64,000 nucleotides of DNA from IMG/VR virus record IMGVR_UViG_3300008050_007409, one strand, 5' to 3'. This stretch comes from a virus. Under the pieces are notes generated by a model. The model saw only the letters and a list, made by a program, of their open reading frames with translations. It had not been told where the DNA came from and made no database searches. A program made the translations under genes and the position numbers. This document shows positions 26,573-36,148 of this stretch, in pieces; within the stretch, counting starts at the first letter, position 1, and each line of letters opens with the position of its first letter.

Positions 26573-28219
26573 TCAGGATCCGAGGAGGAGGGATGCTGGG
26601 GAATGGCGGGGCAGTCCGAAGACTGTGTCCCAGGGATCCGAGCATACGGTATCGCGGAACGCTCCGCAAAGGTAACCCGTCGTGAGCTTTCGCTCGTCAG
26701 GAACCAGATCCGTGATGGCCGCTGTCTTGGTCATTGCTCGGTCGAGGAGATCCCCGAAGAAGTTCTGCTGGTAGTACCCGAAGTGCTCTTGCACTGCAAC
26801 GTCAAGGGCTTTCGGAAGCCCCAGCAGGGAGTCTCGATAGGCCGTGTAGGCCTCTCCGAGCTTGTCCATCAGCTCGTTGTCCTGCACCACCACCTCGGTG
26901 CGCGGCGTCGTCTGGCTCGCGCTCTTGATCATGGTGATGCGGATGATCCGGTGTCCGACATGGGGATGGAAAGCTGATCTCCCTCCGATGTGCGGGGAGA
27001 TCTTCCTGGCCAGATCAGCGTCGAAGTCTCCTGCGGACAGGCCGACTGGGCACGACGCCTCTCGTTGGGGGAAGACCATACCACGATCATGCAGTCGGTC
27101 GGCGAGCTCGGGCCGCTTGCGGCAGAGGGCCGAGTACTGGAACTCGCGGGGCTTGAGGATGATCCCCAACAGGGCCAGCGTGGTGAGCAGGCCCTGGAGA
27201 TCACCTGCCTTCAGGATCTCCTTGGGTAGATCCTCCTCACGGTCCGCGACACGGCGGGCCAGCGAGTAGCCCGCGTTCGGCAGCACCTTCTTGTCGATCT
27301 CGGCGCTCTTGTCCTTCGCCCGCTTGATCAGGACCCTCTTGCTGGCAGTCTTGATCAACTGATTCGGCTCATCCAGGCTGTACTGGGGAGCGGTCTTCCG
27401 GTCGTGGGAGAGGTAGAGGAATTGGGGTGTCCTCTGAGCCACCTTCATCAGGACGCCCGACTCCTTCGCAGCCGGGACGATGACGTCGCTCAGATCGAAG
27501 AAGTTGGGGAAGAAGTTGACGGCGCCGACGATGCGGCCGTCGTTCCGGATCTTCCCCATCTCGGTGCGCAGGTGGTCGCAGTAGTCGCGCTGGGTCCGGG
27601 AGATGTGCCCGCAGATGGTGCACACGTCGAACTTGACCCGACACCCCATGCTGATCTGACGAGGCTTCCCGTTGTCCAGGTCCTCGATGATCTCGTCGGC
27701 TCCGACCTGCTTGGCCTTCTCCCGATCGTGCCTGGCGACCACCTCGACGCGGTGCATCTTGGAGTTCCACACAGCGAGGACCACGTCGCCGTAGGCGATG
27801 CTCGGGTCCTTGTTGATGTGGTGCCGGTAGCGGAGGGCCTCCTCGAAGGTCCGGTAGCCGAACTTGCTCCAGTCGCCGGGAGGTAGCGACTTGCCGTGGG
27901 GCTGGAGCCACTTCCGCTCGAGCTCCAGGGCGACCTTGGCGTGGTCGGACCTGATGGTGTGGTCGTAGGCGAGGCTGATCTCCGGGAAGACGTCGCCGTT
28001 GACGTTCATCCCCCAGTACTCGAACGACCCCATCGGAGTCATCAGCACGAACTGGTAGTTCGGATCCGGCTTGAGGTTCCGCAGGTAGCGAGACACCTGG
28101 GGGTGCATCTCCCCGGCGATCTTCGCCAGGCCTCCCCCACCTCGAGGAGTCACGTCGACCGTCTCGGCAAACCAGTTGCCGTCTCGATCGTGCGTGTTGA
28201 AGGTGATGCGCTTCTTCAT
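26573..28219 (-). CDS. prohead (capsid maturation) protease
   Basis: NVNGDVFP, HHINKDP (His), ISMGC..FDVCTICG (Ser), YCDHL, FFDLS.V.VPA. Confidence 0.8.
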   Translation of the reverse strand: MKKRITFNTHDRDGNWFAETVDVTPRGGGGLAKIAGEMHPQVSRYLRNLKPDPNYQFVLMTPMGSFEYWGMNVNGDVFPEISLAYDHTIRSDHAKVALELERKWLQPHGKSLPPGDWSKFGYRTFEEALRYRHHINKDPSIAYGDVVLAVWNSKMHRVEVVARHDREKAKQVGADEIIEDLDNGKPRQISMGCRVKFDVCTICGHISRTQRDYCDHLRTEMGKIRNDGRIVGAVNFFPNFFDLSDVIVPAAKESGVLMKVAQRTPQFLYLSHDRKTAPQYSLDEPNQLIKTASKRVLIKRAKDKSAEIDKKVLPNAGYSLARRVADREEDLPKEILKAGDLQGLLTTLALLGIILKPREFQYSALCRKRPELADRLHDRGMVFPQREASCPVGLSAGDFDADLARKISPHIGGRSAFHPHVGHRIIRITMIKSASQTTPRTEVVVQDNELMDKLGEAYTAYRDSLLGLPKALDVAVQEHFGYYQQNFFGDLLDRAMTKTAAITDLVPDERKLTTGYLCGAFRDTVCSDPWDTVFGLPRHSPASLLLGS

Positions 28220-28221
28220 GA

Positions 28222-29304
28222 TCAGCCGATGATGTTGGCGGCGCCGCGCAGGTCGGCTTCAGGACGTCCCTTGACTTCCTGCATGAAGGGGTATCGCGTC
28301 CCCTGCCGTCCGGACTCCAGATCCAGGACCCGCTTCACGGCATCGACACTGATCACCGGAGTCCGGGACGTGTGGGATGCACGAGGGGTGTCGAGGATCG
28401 AGCGCACCGTACTGGCCGCCAGGAGTGGCTCCTTGGACACGTAGGGACTCGACCTGTGGATCACACCGAAGACCTTCTCGACCTCGGCGGGATTGTACTG
28501 CTTGAGCTCCGGGTCGGCCTTGATCATGGCGTTGTAGTGCCGGTTCCTGCCCATGCGGTGCACCAGGTCCCCGGCTTCCCCCATGCCCTTGCCGACCCTG
28601 TCGCCACCAAGACCGGCGACGGCAGCGCCTCCTCCCAGGAGGAGGCCGGCACCTACGAGGTCGCGGTAGCGGTAGCCGTCCTTGCCACCGATGCGCTGAT
28701 CCCCCAGAGACTTGCGAGCCTCCTTCCCACCCTTGGCAGCAGCTTCGGACGCATCACCTGCCGCGTCGGCGGCGTGATCGACGACCCTCTTGAATCCCGA
28801 TCCCCCATTCCGCGCAGCCTGGTCGAACCGTCTGTAGATCTGATCCAAGGGTCGGAGCTTCCGAGAAGCCTGCTTCTCCAGCTGGGCGCAGACCGCGAGA
28901 TGGGTCCGGAGATCTTCCGGGGAGATGGTGTTCACGTGGCTTGCCTTCATGAAGTGTTGCGCCTGTCGGCCCATCGCAGCGGAGGCCTGCCGCTTGGCAG
29001 CGCTGGCGGGACCTCCCAACTGACTGGGGATCATCCCCAGAGAGGCGATCCCCAGACCGGTGGCGAGGGGAGCTCGGGCGGCGATACCGACCATGGCCTT
29101 GCCGGCGCCGGCGGCCAACCTTCCGGTCACCTTGGCGGCGCCTCCGAGCCCGTAGCCGACGCCCCTCCCGACAGCACGGAAGGGCTTCCCAGCATGGTGA
29201 CCCGCGGTGTCGATCACCCGGTTCCGGAGCTTCGCCCCGTCGTCGAGCCACTGGGTGTAGGCCTTGGCCCTCGGGGTAGCCTCTCCAGCGAAGCCGAAGT
29301 CCAT
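28222..29304 (-). CDS. putative virion protein with Gly/Ala hydrophobic segments
   Basis: LEKQAS; glycine-zipper stretches. Confidence 0.65.
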   Translation of the reverse strand: MDFGFAGEATPRAKAYTQWLDDGAKLRNRVIDTAGHHAGKPFRAVGRGVGYGLGGAAKVTGRLAAGAGKAMVGIAARAPLATGLGIASLGMIPSQLGGPASAAKRQASAAMGRQAQHFMKASHVNTISPEDLRTHLAVCAQLEKQASRKLRPLDQIYRRFDQAARNGGSGFKRVVDHAADAAGDASEAAAKGGKEARKSLGDQRIGGKDGYRYRDLVGAGLLLGGGAAVAGLGGDRVGKGMGEAGDLVHRMGRNRHYNAMIKADPELKQYNPAEVEKVFGVIHRSSPYVSKEPLLAASTVRSILDTPRASHTSRTPVISVDAVKRVLDLESGRQGTRYPFMQEVKGRPEADLRGAANIIG

Positions 29305-30164
29305 CAGACCCCTCGCAGCTTGTCTCGGATGTACCCCATGGTCTTCTTGCTCTGACCCACCAGGACCTCATGGGCCTGGGAGGATCGGACGTAGGCCTGG
29401 GCCTGCTTCTCCAGGAGCGCGGTCTGGATCACCAGGGGGTGTTCGTCGTTGATCGCGACGGCGTGGGCGACCTTGTCCATGCAGACCTTGGTGCCGTCCT
29501 GGGACATGCGGGCCGAGGCCACCTTCAGGACGTCAGCGGCGAAGGCCGGATCCTCACAGGCATGGGCGACGGCCCGACAGACCAGCTCGAAGGGAGTCTC
29601 CTCCGCCATGGCGGTCTTGATCAGGACGTAGACCTCTTCCGCCTGCTGGTTGAGACCCAGGTAGGCGTTGTCCATCGCGGACTGGGCGAAGTTCCGAGCA
29701 TGGGAGACCTTCTCGTGCACAGCCTCCGCGTCGGCAGCCGGGTTGAGCCGGGCGATGTCAGGTCCGGGCTCTGCGTCGAAGGCCGACAGGAGCTGGTCCA
29801 TCCCAGAGGCTGGGAGGGCTGGCTCTCGGTGGTAGTCGGTGTTGATCTCCGAGACCTCGGGAGCCGACGGAGCGACCTCTGAGAGGACGTCGGATGCGTC
29901 GGCCGGCTCGAAGTCGACACCGGACTCGCTCCCGCCCTCCACGAACAGGGACTTCCAGGCCTGCTGGTTCGCGGCCTCCGAGACCCGCTCGATCTGTGCA
30001 CGGGAGAGATCACCCTCCTCGCCCACCACCGAGCTCACGGCCGCGGTGAGGTTCCTGTCGTCGGAGTCGATGAACCGCTGAGCAGCTCGCCGCCCCAAGC
30101 TGGTGATCCTCTCGGAGGATTCCCCACCTCGGGCATACGCGGTCTTGATGAGGTCTTGCAGCAT
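29304..30164 (-). CDS. putative head protein (KxA motifs)
   Basis: IKTAY, IKTAM, LKVAS, DKVAH, EKQAQ. Confidence 0.7.
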   Translation of the reverse strand: MLQDLIKTAYARGGESSERITSLGRRAAQRFIDSDDRNLTAAVSSVVGEEGDLSRAQIERVSEAANQQAWKSLFVEGGSESGVDFEPADASDVLSEVAPSAPEVSEINTDYHREPALPASGMDQLLSAFDAEPGPDIARLNPAADAEAVHEKVSHARNFAQSAMDNAYLGLNQQAEEVYVLIKTAMAEETPFELVCRAVAHACEDPAFAADVLKVASARMSQDGTKVCMDKVAHAVAINDEHPLVIQTALLEKQAQAYVRSSQAHEVLVGQSKKTMGYIRDKLRGV

Positions 30165-30241
30165 GGAGCGAATCTACTCCTGTGAGAGATCGAACGTCAA
30201 CCTCACCTCATCCGGAACCGACGATCGGTTATGGTGCGCCG

Positions 30242-30934
30242 ATGGAAGGCTTCTACGACAAGGCGAAGACAGGACGTATCCTGGGGGTGTCCACGCGTCA
30301 GGTGGACAAGTACATCAAAGCCAGGAAGCTCCGCCGCGTCAAGGAACACGGGAAGGTTTGGATCCCCCGAGAAGACGTGGAGATCCTCTACCGAGATCGG
30401 TCCCTGGTACGGGTCCCCACCATGCAAGAGGTGGTGAACCTACAGCTCCGCATGGATCAGATGGAGAAGAAGGTCAAGATCCTCCAGCGAGGTCTGGGCT
30501 TCGGTGCCAGTGGAGAGGTGCGCGGCGACGCTGAGCTGCGTCTGCTCTACCAGGCGACCCTGGATGACCTCGGCGAACCCGGCTGGCCGGTCACCCGAGT
30601 GATGGAGTACACCGAGGAGCTGTTCAGTTTCAGGGAGGAGGAGCTCGAGTCCATGCTCAGGCTCCGAGGACCGGCCGCCATGCTCCCCTTCTTCGACCTG
30701 GCACGCCGGATGGTGTCCTACCTCGAGGGTCACGACCAGTACCCGAGCGCCGGGATGCAGGCGATTCGAGACAGACTGCTGCGTGCACGGAAGATCATCC
30801 TGGCCTTGGTCGAGATCAACATGAAGATCGAGACCAGCCCCTTCACGGAGTCCGCCAGGGCGCTCTACCAGCACCTCGGAGAGCAGCCGGACTTCATCTC
30901 TGATCAGGTCGGCAGGTACATCGCGGGATTGTAG
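30242..30934 (+). CDS. HTH (excisionase/MerR-type) DNA-binding regulator
   Basis: YDKAKTGRILGVSTRQVDKYIKARKL...GKVWIPREDVE followed by a coiled coil. Confidence 0.8.
   Translation: MEGFYDKAKTGRILGVSTRQVDKYIKARKLRRVKEHGKVWIPREDVEILYRDRSLVRVPTMQEVVNLQLRMDQMEKKVKILQRGLGFGASGEVRGDAELRLLYQATLDDLGEPGWPVTRVMEYTEELFSFREEELESMLRLRGPAAMLPFFDLARRMVSYLEGHDQYPSAGMQAIRDRLLRARKIILALVEINMKIETSPFTESARALYQHLGEQPDFISDQVGRYIAGL
30796..30887. repeat. 92-nt inverted repeat, copy B (partner 1062-1153)
   Basis: See copy A. Confidence 0.95.
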
Positions 30935-30951
30935 GTAGAACCTGCTAAATA

Positions 30952-30982
30952 GTGAAAATCGCAAACGGTTTCCTCCATAAGC
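30952..30982 (+). promoter_or_regulatory. repeated promoter motif (copy 4)
   Basis: GTGAAA 30952-30957, CATAAG 30976-30981. Confidence 0.7.
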
Positions 30983-31042
30983 AGTTGAGCCGAAAGAGAG
31001 CCCTCAAAAGAGAGTGATCCGAAGTTCATCAAGGAGGACCGA

Positions 31043-31717
31043 GTGTCTGACAGCGACCCGCAGGGTGGTTCGCAGGCGCTCCTCGACCAGTCGATCGTCG
31101 AGTCCAACAAGCTCATCAAGGAACAGGGACACCTGCTCCGCGACATCCGGAGCGTGAGCATCCGGGACGTCATGGCGAAGCTGTTGACTCTGCTGTCGGC
31201 GATGGTGCCCGTCACCTGGGACAAGAAGGCGAAGGCCTACGTGTCCCAGGGCGGCGACGCCATCGACCAGCAGCAGATGATCGAACTGACGCGGGAGAAC
31301 CTGCGGTCCGTCTTCACCCCCAACAACACCCCCAACAACAGCAGCAAGATCCCGAAGGAGGGAAACGACAACATGAGCACCATCAGCTTTCGCAAGTTCA
31401 CCATGGGCACCGACAACGAGTCGGTGTCCATCGACATGAGCGAGCTCTCGGACAAGAAGGCCGAGGCCGTCCTCTCCGAGCTCGGCCTCGTCGAGTACAA
31501 GAAGGCCTCCGACCTGAAGGACGGTCAGATCATCCGCCTCGACGACAAGACCATCAAGGTCATGAAGCGAGGTGAGAAGTTCTGGCTGGTCGTCGCGGCC
31601 GTCGCCGGCGCCGCCATCGTGGTGGGCGTCCTGGGCACCCTGGGTGTCCAGTGGGCCCTGGGCGACGCGACCGAGACCGCCGGCAGCGGCGAGGGCGCGC
31701 ACCTGCAGGCCATGTAG
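31043..31717 (+). CDS. membrane-anchored hypothetical protein (possible second start at 31373)
   Basis: AAGGAGG RBS; C-terminal hydrophobic helix; internal AGGAGG..ATG. Confidence 0.7.
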   Translation: MSDSDPQGGSQALLDQSIVESNKLIKEQGHLLRDIRSVSIRDVMAKLLTLLSAMVPVTWDKKAKAYVSQGGDAIDQQQMIELTRENLRSVFTPNNTPNNSSKIPKEGNDNMSTISFRKFTMGTDNESVSIDMSELSDKKAEAVLSELGLVEYKKASDLKDGQIIRLDDKTIKVMKRGEKFWLVVAAVAGAAIVVGVLGTLGVQWALGDATETAGSGEGAHLQAM

Positions 31718-31785
31718 CAGCCGCACAACCCAGACCTGCCCCCTCGGGGGCAGGGGACCCTGGGCTCTGTGCTTGCCTGTAGATC

Positions 31786-33513
31786 CTACCGGCGTGCGTT
31801 GCGGTGCTTGAACTTCTTGCCGGTGCCGGGGGCGTGGAGGTCCGGACGCTGGTGATCGAACTGGCTGACCAGGAGGGCCAGGACCCCGGTGTGCATGAAG
31901 TCGTCAGGGGTGCCAGGCGGATGGTTGAAGATGATCTCCCGAGCCTTGTCGCTGTACTCGGAGTAGATCGCCAGGATGTCTCGGGCGAAGGTCTCGAACT
32001 GCTCCCAGTTGAAGAAGGCGATGCCTCCCGACTTCGGCCCCCGCTTGATCAAGGAGAAGAAGTCCTGCATGACGCGGGAGCGGTGGCAGATGAACTTGTT
32101 CCCCTGCTTGTCCCACTTCACCTTCTCCTTGAGGCGGCCGACGTACTGGTACTGGATGATCCGCTGGGCGCCCAGCTTCTTCTGCATGATCCGGTTGGTG
32201 TGGAAGCCGAAGCCCCAGTCAGCCCCGATGCGGTTCACACCGAAGACTCGGATCCACATGATCATGTCCTCGACCACGTAGTCAGGGTCGGTCTCTCGGC
32301 CCTCGTAGCGCTTGGCGAAGATGCACCGGAACCTGCCTCGGCTGTCGTAGTTCCAGATCGAGATCACGGAGTAGCTCTGGTCGCCAGTACCCCAGTCGAT
32401 GCCCGCCCAGGAGAAGCTCTGCTTCATGCCCTTGGCAGGGCTGTCGATCATCTCGTAGTCCTGGACGCAGCAGTCCCGGACCTCCTGCAGGGTCACAGGC
32501 TTGAGGCCAGCGTCGTAGCTGCGCCCCATGACCTCGTTCATCCACTTCTGGCGCGGGTACCGCTTGTGCTTGAGCAGCAGCCCCTGCCACATCCGGTTAA
32601 AGATGTCGGGCTGGTGGCGGTAGGAGTAGACCACGATGGGCTGGCAGAGGTGGAAGCCCTCCCACTCCGCGTTCTCAGACCCCAGACGTACCCACTGAGA
32701 CAGGCCGTCGACCGGGTTGATCTCCTTGGAGCACTCCTTGCACTTCAGGCCGGTGGGACCGATGTGGTCCTCGTCGATGACCGCCCACTTCCCGCAGCCG
32801 CACTTGGTCATCCACTCGTTCTGGGTGGAGTGCCTGCTCCAGTAGAACTCGAGGGCGTTGTCGAAGGTCTTCGGCGTGCCAGCGTAGATGGAGAGAGGTC
32901 CGCCGGCGAGCTCCGAACGGAAGAGGACCTCCTCGATGACCGGCAGGATGTCGATGATGATGTCCTGGATCTCGTCGATAGCCAGGAGGTCTGAGGCGAT
33001 ACCGCGGACACGGTCTGCGTTCCGGTAGGCGGCGCGGAGGGCGATCTTCGCCTCGGTGACCCACCGCTTCGTCTGGACGTTCTGCGTCTGTAGGTGTCCC
33101 TTCAGGCCGACGCCGACCATACGCTGCAGGATGGGGGACGTAGCGATCACAGCCCGGAGCCGCTCGTCGCTGAACTCCCGCATCTGCGTGTCGGAGGCGC
33201 TGACGTAGAGGGCCCGGAGGAACGGGATCAGGTTGCAGAGCGCGATGAGCAGGTTGCCCAGGGTCGTGCTCTTCTCCGACTGCCGGCCGAACATCAGCAG
33301 CAGGTTCCGCCGGTAGACCTCCTCCATGTGGTCGGTGAGTTCGTTCAGCCGCTCGATCGGCGTCGCCGGCAGGTCGTAGATCTCGTCGAGCCACGGCCGC
33401 CTGAGGAGCTCGATGGGCTCTCCCTTGTGACGGATGGCGAGCTCGGTGAACTCCAGGGGAGTCAGCTCGAGGTTCCCTTCGTCCTCCTCAGCTATGTTGT
33501 GGGCATGCTGCAC
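31786..33513 (-). CDS. terL: terminase large subunit
   Basis: FGRQSEKST Walker A, RGIASDLLAIDEIQD Walker B, GTPK coupling motif, GIDWG and PDDFMH nuclease motifs. Confidence 0.92.
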   Translation of the reverse strand: MQHAHNIAEEDEGNLELTPLEFTELAIRHKGEPIELLRRPWLDEIYDLPATPIERLNELTDHMEEVYRRNLLLMFGRQSEKSTTLGNLLIALCNLIPFLRALYVSASDTQMREFSDERLRAVIATSPILQRMVGVGLKGHLQTQNVQTKRWVTEAKIALRAAYRNADRVRGIASDLLAIDEIQDIIIDILPVIEEVLFRSELAGGPLSIYAGTPKTFDNALEFYWSRHSTQNEWMTKCGCGKWAVIDEDHIGPTGLKCKECSKEINPVDGLSQWVRLGSENAEWEGFHLCQPIVVYSYRHQPDIFNRMWQGLLLKHKRYPRQKWMNEVMGRSYDAGLKPVTLQEVRDCCVQDYEMIDSPAKGMKQSFSWAGIDWGTGDQSYSVISIWNYDSRGRFRCIFAKRYEGRETDPDYVVEDMIMWIRVFGVNRIGADWGFGFHTNRIMQKKLGAQRIIQYQYVGRLKEKVKWDKQGNKFICHRSRVMQDFFSLIKRGPKSGGIAFFNWEQFETFARDILAIYSEYSDKAREIIFNHPPGTPDDFMHTGVLALLVSQFDHQRPDLHAPGTGKKFKHRNARR

Positions 33514-33939
33514 GTCCCTGACCTCACGCCTCTACTCGCGGTCCTGGAGAAGGTCTCCGCGGGGAGGATCATAGCGGGTGTAGATCAGAGCGAAACGGGG
33601 ACTGGGGTAGTCCTCCGGATCCCTGTCAGGAGTGCGGCGCCGGGGGACCGGAAGGATGTCGAGGCTCGCCGCTACGTCCGGTCCTGGCTCCGGGATGCAC
33701 TGAAAGACCTGAAGGGCCTGCGCATCACCACCAGGTGCACCCCAGTCGATCCCCACCAGGTAGCTTGGACCCCCACAGGCGGCCGTCCCATCCCTGTCCG
33801 CCTCATGCTGGAGATCTCCCTCGACCTGGTGAAGGAGGGGGAGATCGACGAGTGGAAGAGGAAGAAGGAGAAGCGGCATGCGGCTGCGAAGAAGTCCTTC
33901 TACGAGGAGCTGGCGACGGAGAAGTCGTCCGACTCGTAG
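33505..33939 (+). CDS. hypothetical protein
   Basis: Fills the gap between - strand genes; start uncertain. Confidence 0.45.
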   Translation: MLHVPDLTPLLAVLEKVSAGRIIAGVDQSETGTGVVLRIPVRSAAPGDRKDVEARRYVRSWLRDALKDLKGLRITTRCTPVDPHQVAWTPTGGRPIPVRLMLEISLDLVKEGEIDEWKRKKEKRHAAAKKSFYEELATEKSSDS

Positions 33940-34289
33940 ATCAGGGTGTAGCGACCCGTCTTGGCGTCGCGGGAGAAGTGCTTGACGTCCGACCAGCTGG
34001 CGACCAGGCGGCTGTGGGTGATCCGCCAGGAGGTGTCCGAGATGGTCGCAGCCAGGTTGCTGTCCAGCTCCAGGGTGGTCTCGTCCGTGACCGAGAGGAC
34101 CTCGAACTCGCCCTGACCCGAGATGAAGACGACGTCGCCGGTGACGACGCCGTCCGTCTGGAAGGTCGCGTCGGCGTCAACCCACGTCGCGTCGCTGACG
34201 CTTCCGCCGCCGGCGCTTCCTTCGGCGCGGAGCGTCCCGTTCAGCTTCTTGTCCAGGTCGTCGCTGTGGATGGTCTTCTTGATGATCAT
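33900..34289 (-). CDS. small virion protein sharing the sheath repeat domain
   Basis: WVDADATFQTDGVVTGDVV...FEVLSVTDETTLELD resembles repeats in the sheath. Confidence 0.65.
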   Translation of the reverse strand: MIIKKTIHSDDLDKKLNGTLRAEGSAGGGSVSDATWVDADATFQTDGVVTGDVVFISGQGEFEVLSVTDETTLELDSNLAATISDTSWRITHSRLVASWSDVKHFSRDAKTGRYTLIYESDDFSVASSS

Positions 34290-34743
34290 GAGCTTGCACC
34301 TGTGTGTCGAGGCGGGAAAGGAGGTCGTCCTTGAGGAGCTGATCCGCCATCGGGTTCGAGGCCCAACCTACCACCCTGACGTGGAATGTCGCCAGCGCCT
34401 CAGCGGGCTGATCGGCAGGTGCGGTGGCCTTCACCGGGATGGGGGCACCCAAGGCCAGCCTGGTCTTGGAGTCCTCGTAGGAGGTGTAGTCCGCCTGGAC
34501 GTCCACCTTCGGGAAGCCGTCGTCGTCCTTCGGCTGCCTGCGGAAGGCGTGGCGGAAAGAGTCCTGCAGCTCCTCACCGAACTGGGCCGAGAACTCGGTG
34601 AGCTCTCCAGGCGGCCAGAAGTGGTAGATCAGGTCTTCGCCCTCCTCAGAGAGTTCGACCTGGAACGTCTCGAAGACCCTCAGATCCCAGTGGAATCGGG
34701 CCTGTCGGAGATCAACCCCGCTCGACGAGCTTTGCTGTGACAT
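34177..34743 (-). CDS. hypothetical protein
   Basis: ORF in the operon; start at MSQQ. Confidence 0.55.
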   Translation of the reverse strand: MSQQSSSSGVDLRQARFHWDLRVFETFQVELSEEGEDLIYHFWPPGELTEFSAQFGEELQDSFRHAFRRQPKDDDGFPKVDVQADYTSYEDSKTRLALGAPIPVKATAPADQPAEALATFHVRVVGWASNPMADQLLKDDLLSRLDTQVQAHDHQEDHPQRRPGQEAERDAPRRRKRRRRKRQRRDVG

Positions 34744-35593
34744 CGATGACCTTCTCCTCTTCCGCTTCCTGGGCAAGAAGATCTTCGTAGGAGGGGATCC
34801 TGCGAGTCTTCTTCCGCTTCCGCATCCGGAACGCCGAGAGTTCCTTCTTGATCGTATCAGCAAGGCCGGCACTGCGCATGTCCCGACGCTGCTGGATGGC
34901 GTCATCGGCCACTCGAGCCAGGGCGGCGATTCCCATGATGTGGGTGCCGCTGAGCTTCGTTCCCTCCGCCCGGGCGATCTGCACCTGCTCATTGGCCAGG
35001 GCGATCACGTTGTCGTAGAACTCCTCGTCCTCGATCCGGTGTCGCAGTCCCAGGATGCCGTAGGTGGCTGCCATGTCGCCCGAGTAGGCGATCAGCTGGG
35101 TCTGGTTCTCGTCTTGCACCTGGAGGAAGGCGAAGATCCCAGACTGGCTCATCTCGGCCAGGTTCCAGAAGAAGTGGGCGTAGAACTCCAAGGCCTTCAA
35201 GCTGGGGACACGGAGCTCCCCGTACTTCAGGACCATCTGATCCCGAGCCTTGGACACGTTCCACTCCAGGAGGAGCAGGTGCTCGAGGTCGGGGCGCGGT
35301 CCGGCCTCGCCGGTAGAGGCGTAGAGGAAGTCGATGGCCTTGGTGGTCTCCGGCCCCTGCTTCCAGAGGTCCAGGATCTTCCGGTCCCTGAGCCACCGGT
35401 ACAGCCGAGTGTTCGTGGGGGTCAGGTCTGCACGCCAGTACGAGGGGATGCCTCCCAGCTCACGTCGGAGCTGGTTGAGATCTGACTCCTTAGGCTGCAC
35501 CAGCGACTTCGACTGGCAGACGCTCATGATCTCTGGATCAGTGAGCTGTCGGGAGAGGAGGTAGAGCAGGTACCGGCGGTGCGGGTACTCCAC
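34712..35593 (-). CDS. hypothetical helical protein (terminase small subunit candidate)
   Basis: Located upstream of terL; helical with basic C-terminus; function inferred from position only. Confidence 0.45.
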   Translation of the reverse strand: MEYPHRRYLLYLLSRQLTDPEIMSVCQSKSLVQPKESDLNQLRRELGGIPSYWRADLTPTNTRLYRWLRDRKILDLWKQGPETTKAIDFLYASTGEAGPRPDLEHLLLLEWNVSKARDQMVLKYGELRVPSLKALEFYAHFFWNLAEMSQSGIFAFLQVQDENQTQLIAYSGDMAATYGILGLRHRIEDEEFYDNVIALANEQVQIARAEGTKLSGTHIMGIAALARVADDAIQQRRDMRSAGLADTIKKELSAFRMRKRKKTRRIPSYEDLLAQEAEEEKVIDVTAKLVERG

Positions 35594-36138
35594 TACTTCC
35601 GCCAGGGCGCTCGGACACGGTGGTCGATGGGGATGCCCTCACCCCCTTCCCGCAAGGACTTCTTGATCCCGCGACCGGCCCCACGGCCGATGTTCTCGGA
35701 CTCGTTCGTGATCTCGTGCACCAGCTTCTTGGTGTGCTGGTCCATGGCCTCGCTCAGCTCCCTGCGGGCGTTCTTCACCACCTTCTGGGAGCTGTTCTCG
35801 AACTGATCCCCGAGAGGCTTGGCGGCCTCCCTCGCTGAGTCGATCACCCAGGCGCGAGCCCGTCCCGCCAGGTGAGGGAGGGTGGCCCCTACGGACCCGC
35901 CAAGAGCGGTGGTGCTGATGCCTCGAAGGACTCGGAAATCCCTACGGTCCTTCCACTCCTTCGAGGAGATCAACCCCTGGCGGAGTCGGTCGTCGTCCTT
36001 CCACTGGTCGTTGATGGCCCCCTCGAAGCCTCTCTTCGCACCCAGGGCTGCACCCATGCCGGACGTGATCGCGACGGTAGGGATCTTGTACTTGGCCACC
36101 TTCTCCATCTCGGAGGCGAAGGCATGGAGCTTGGACAT
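35593..36138 (-). CDS. putative virion cargo protein (EMEKVA tag)
   Basis: MSKLHAFASEMEKVA; Gly-rich hydrophobic segments. Confidence 0.65.
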   Translation of the reverse strand: MSKLHAFASEMEKVAKYKIPTVAITSGMGAALGAKRGFEGAINDQWKDDDRLRQGLISSKEWKDRRDFRVLRGISTTALGGSVGATLPHLAGRARAWVIDSAREAAKPLGDQFENSSQKVVKNARRELSEAMDQHTKKLVHEITNESENIGRGAGRGIKKSLREGGEGIPIDHRVRAPWRK

Positions 36139-36148
36139 CGGAGGTCTC

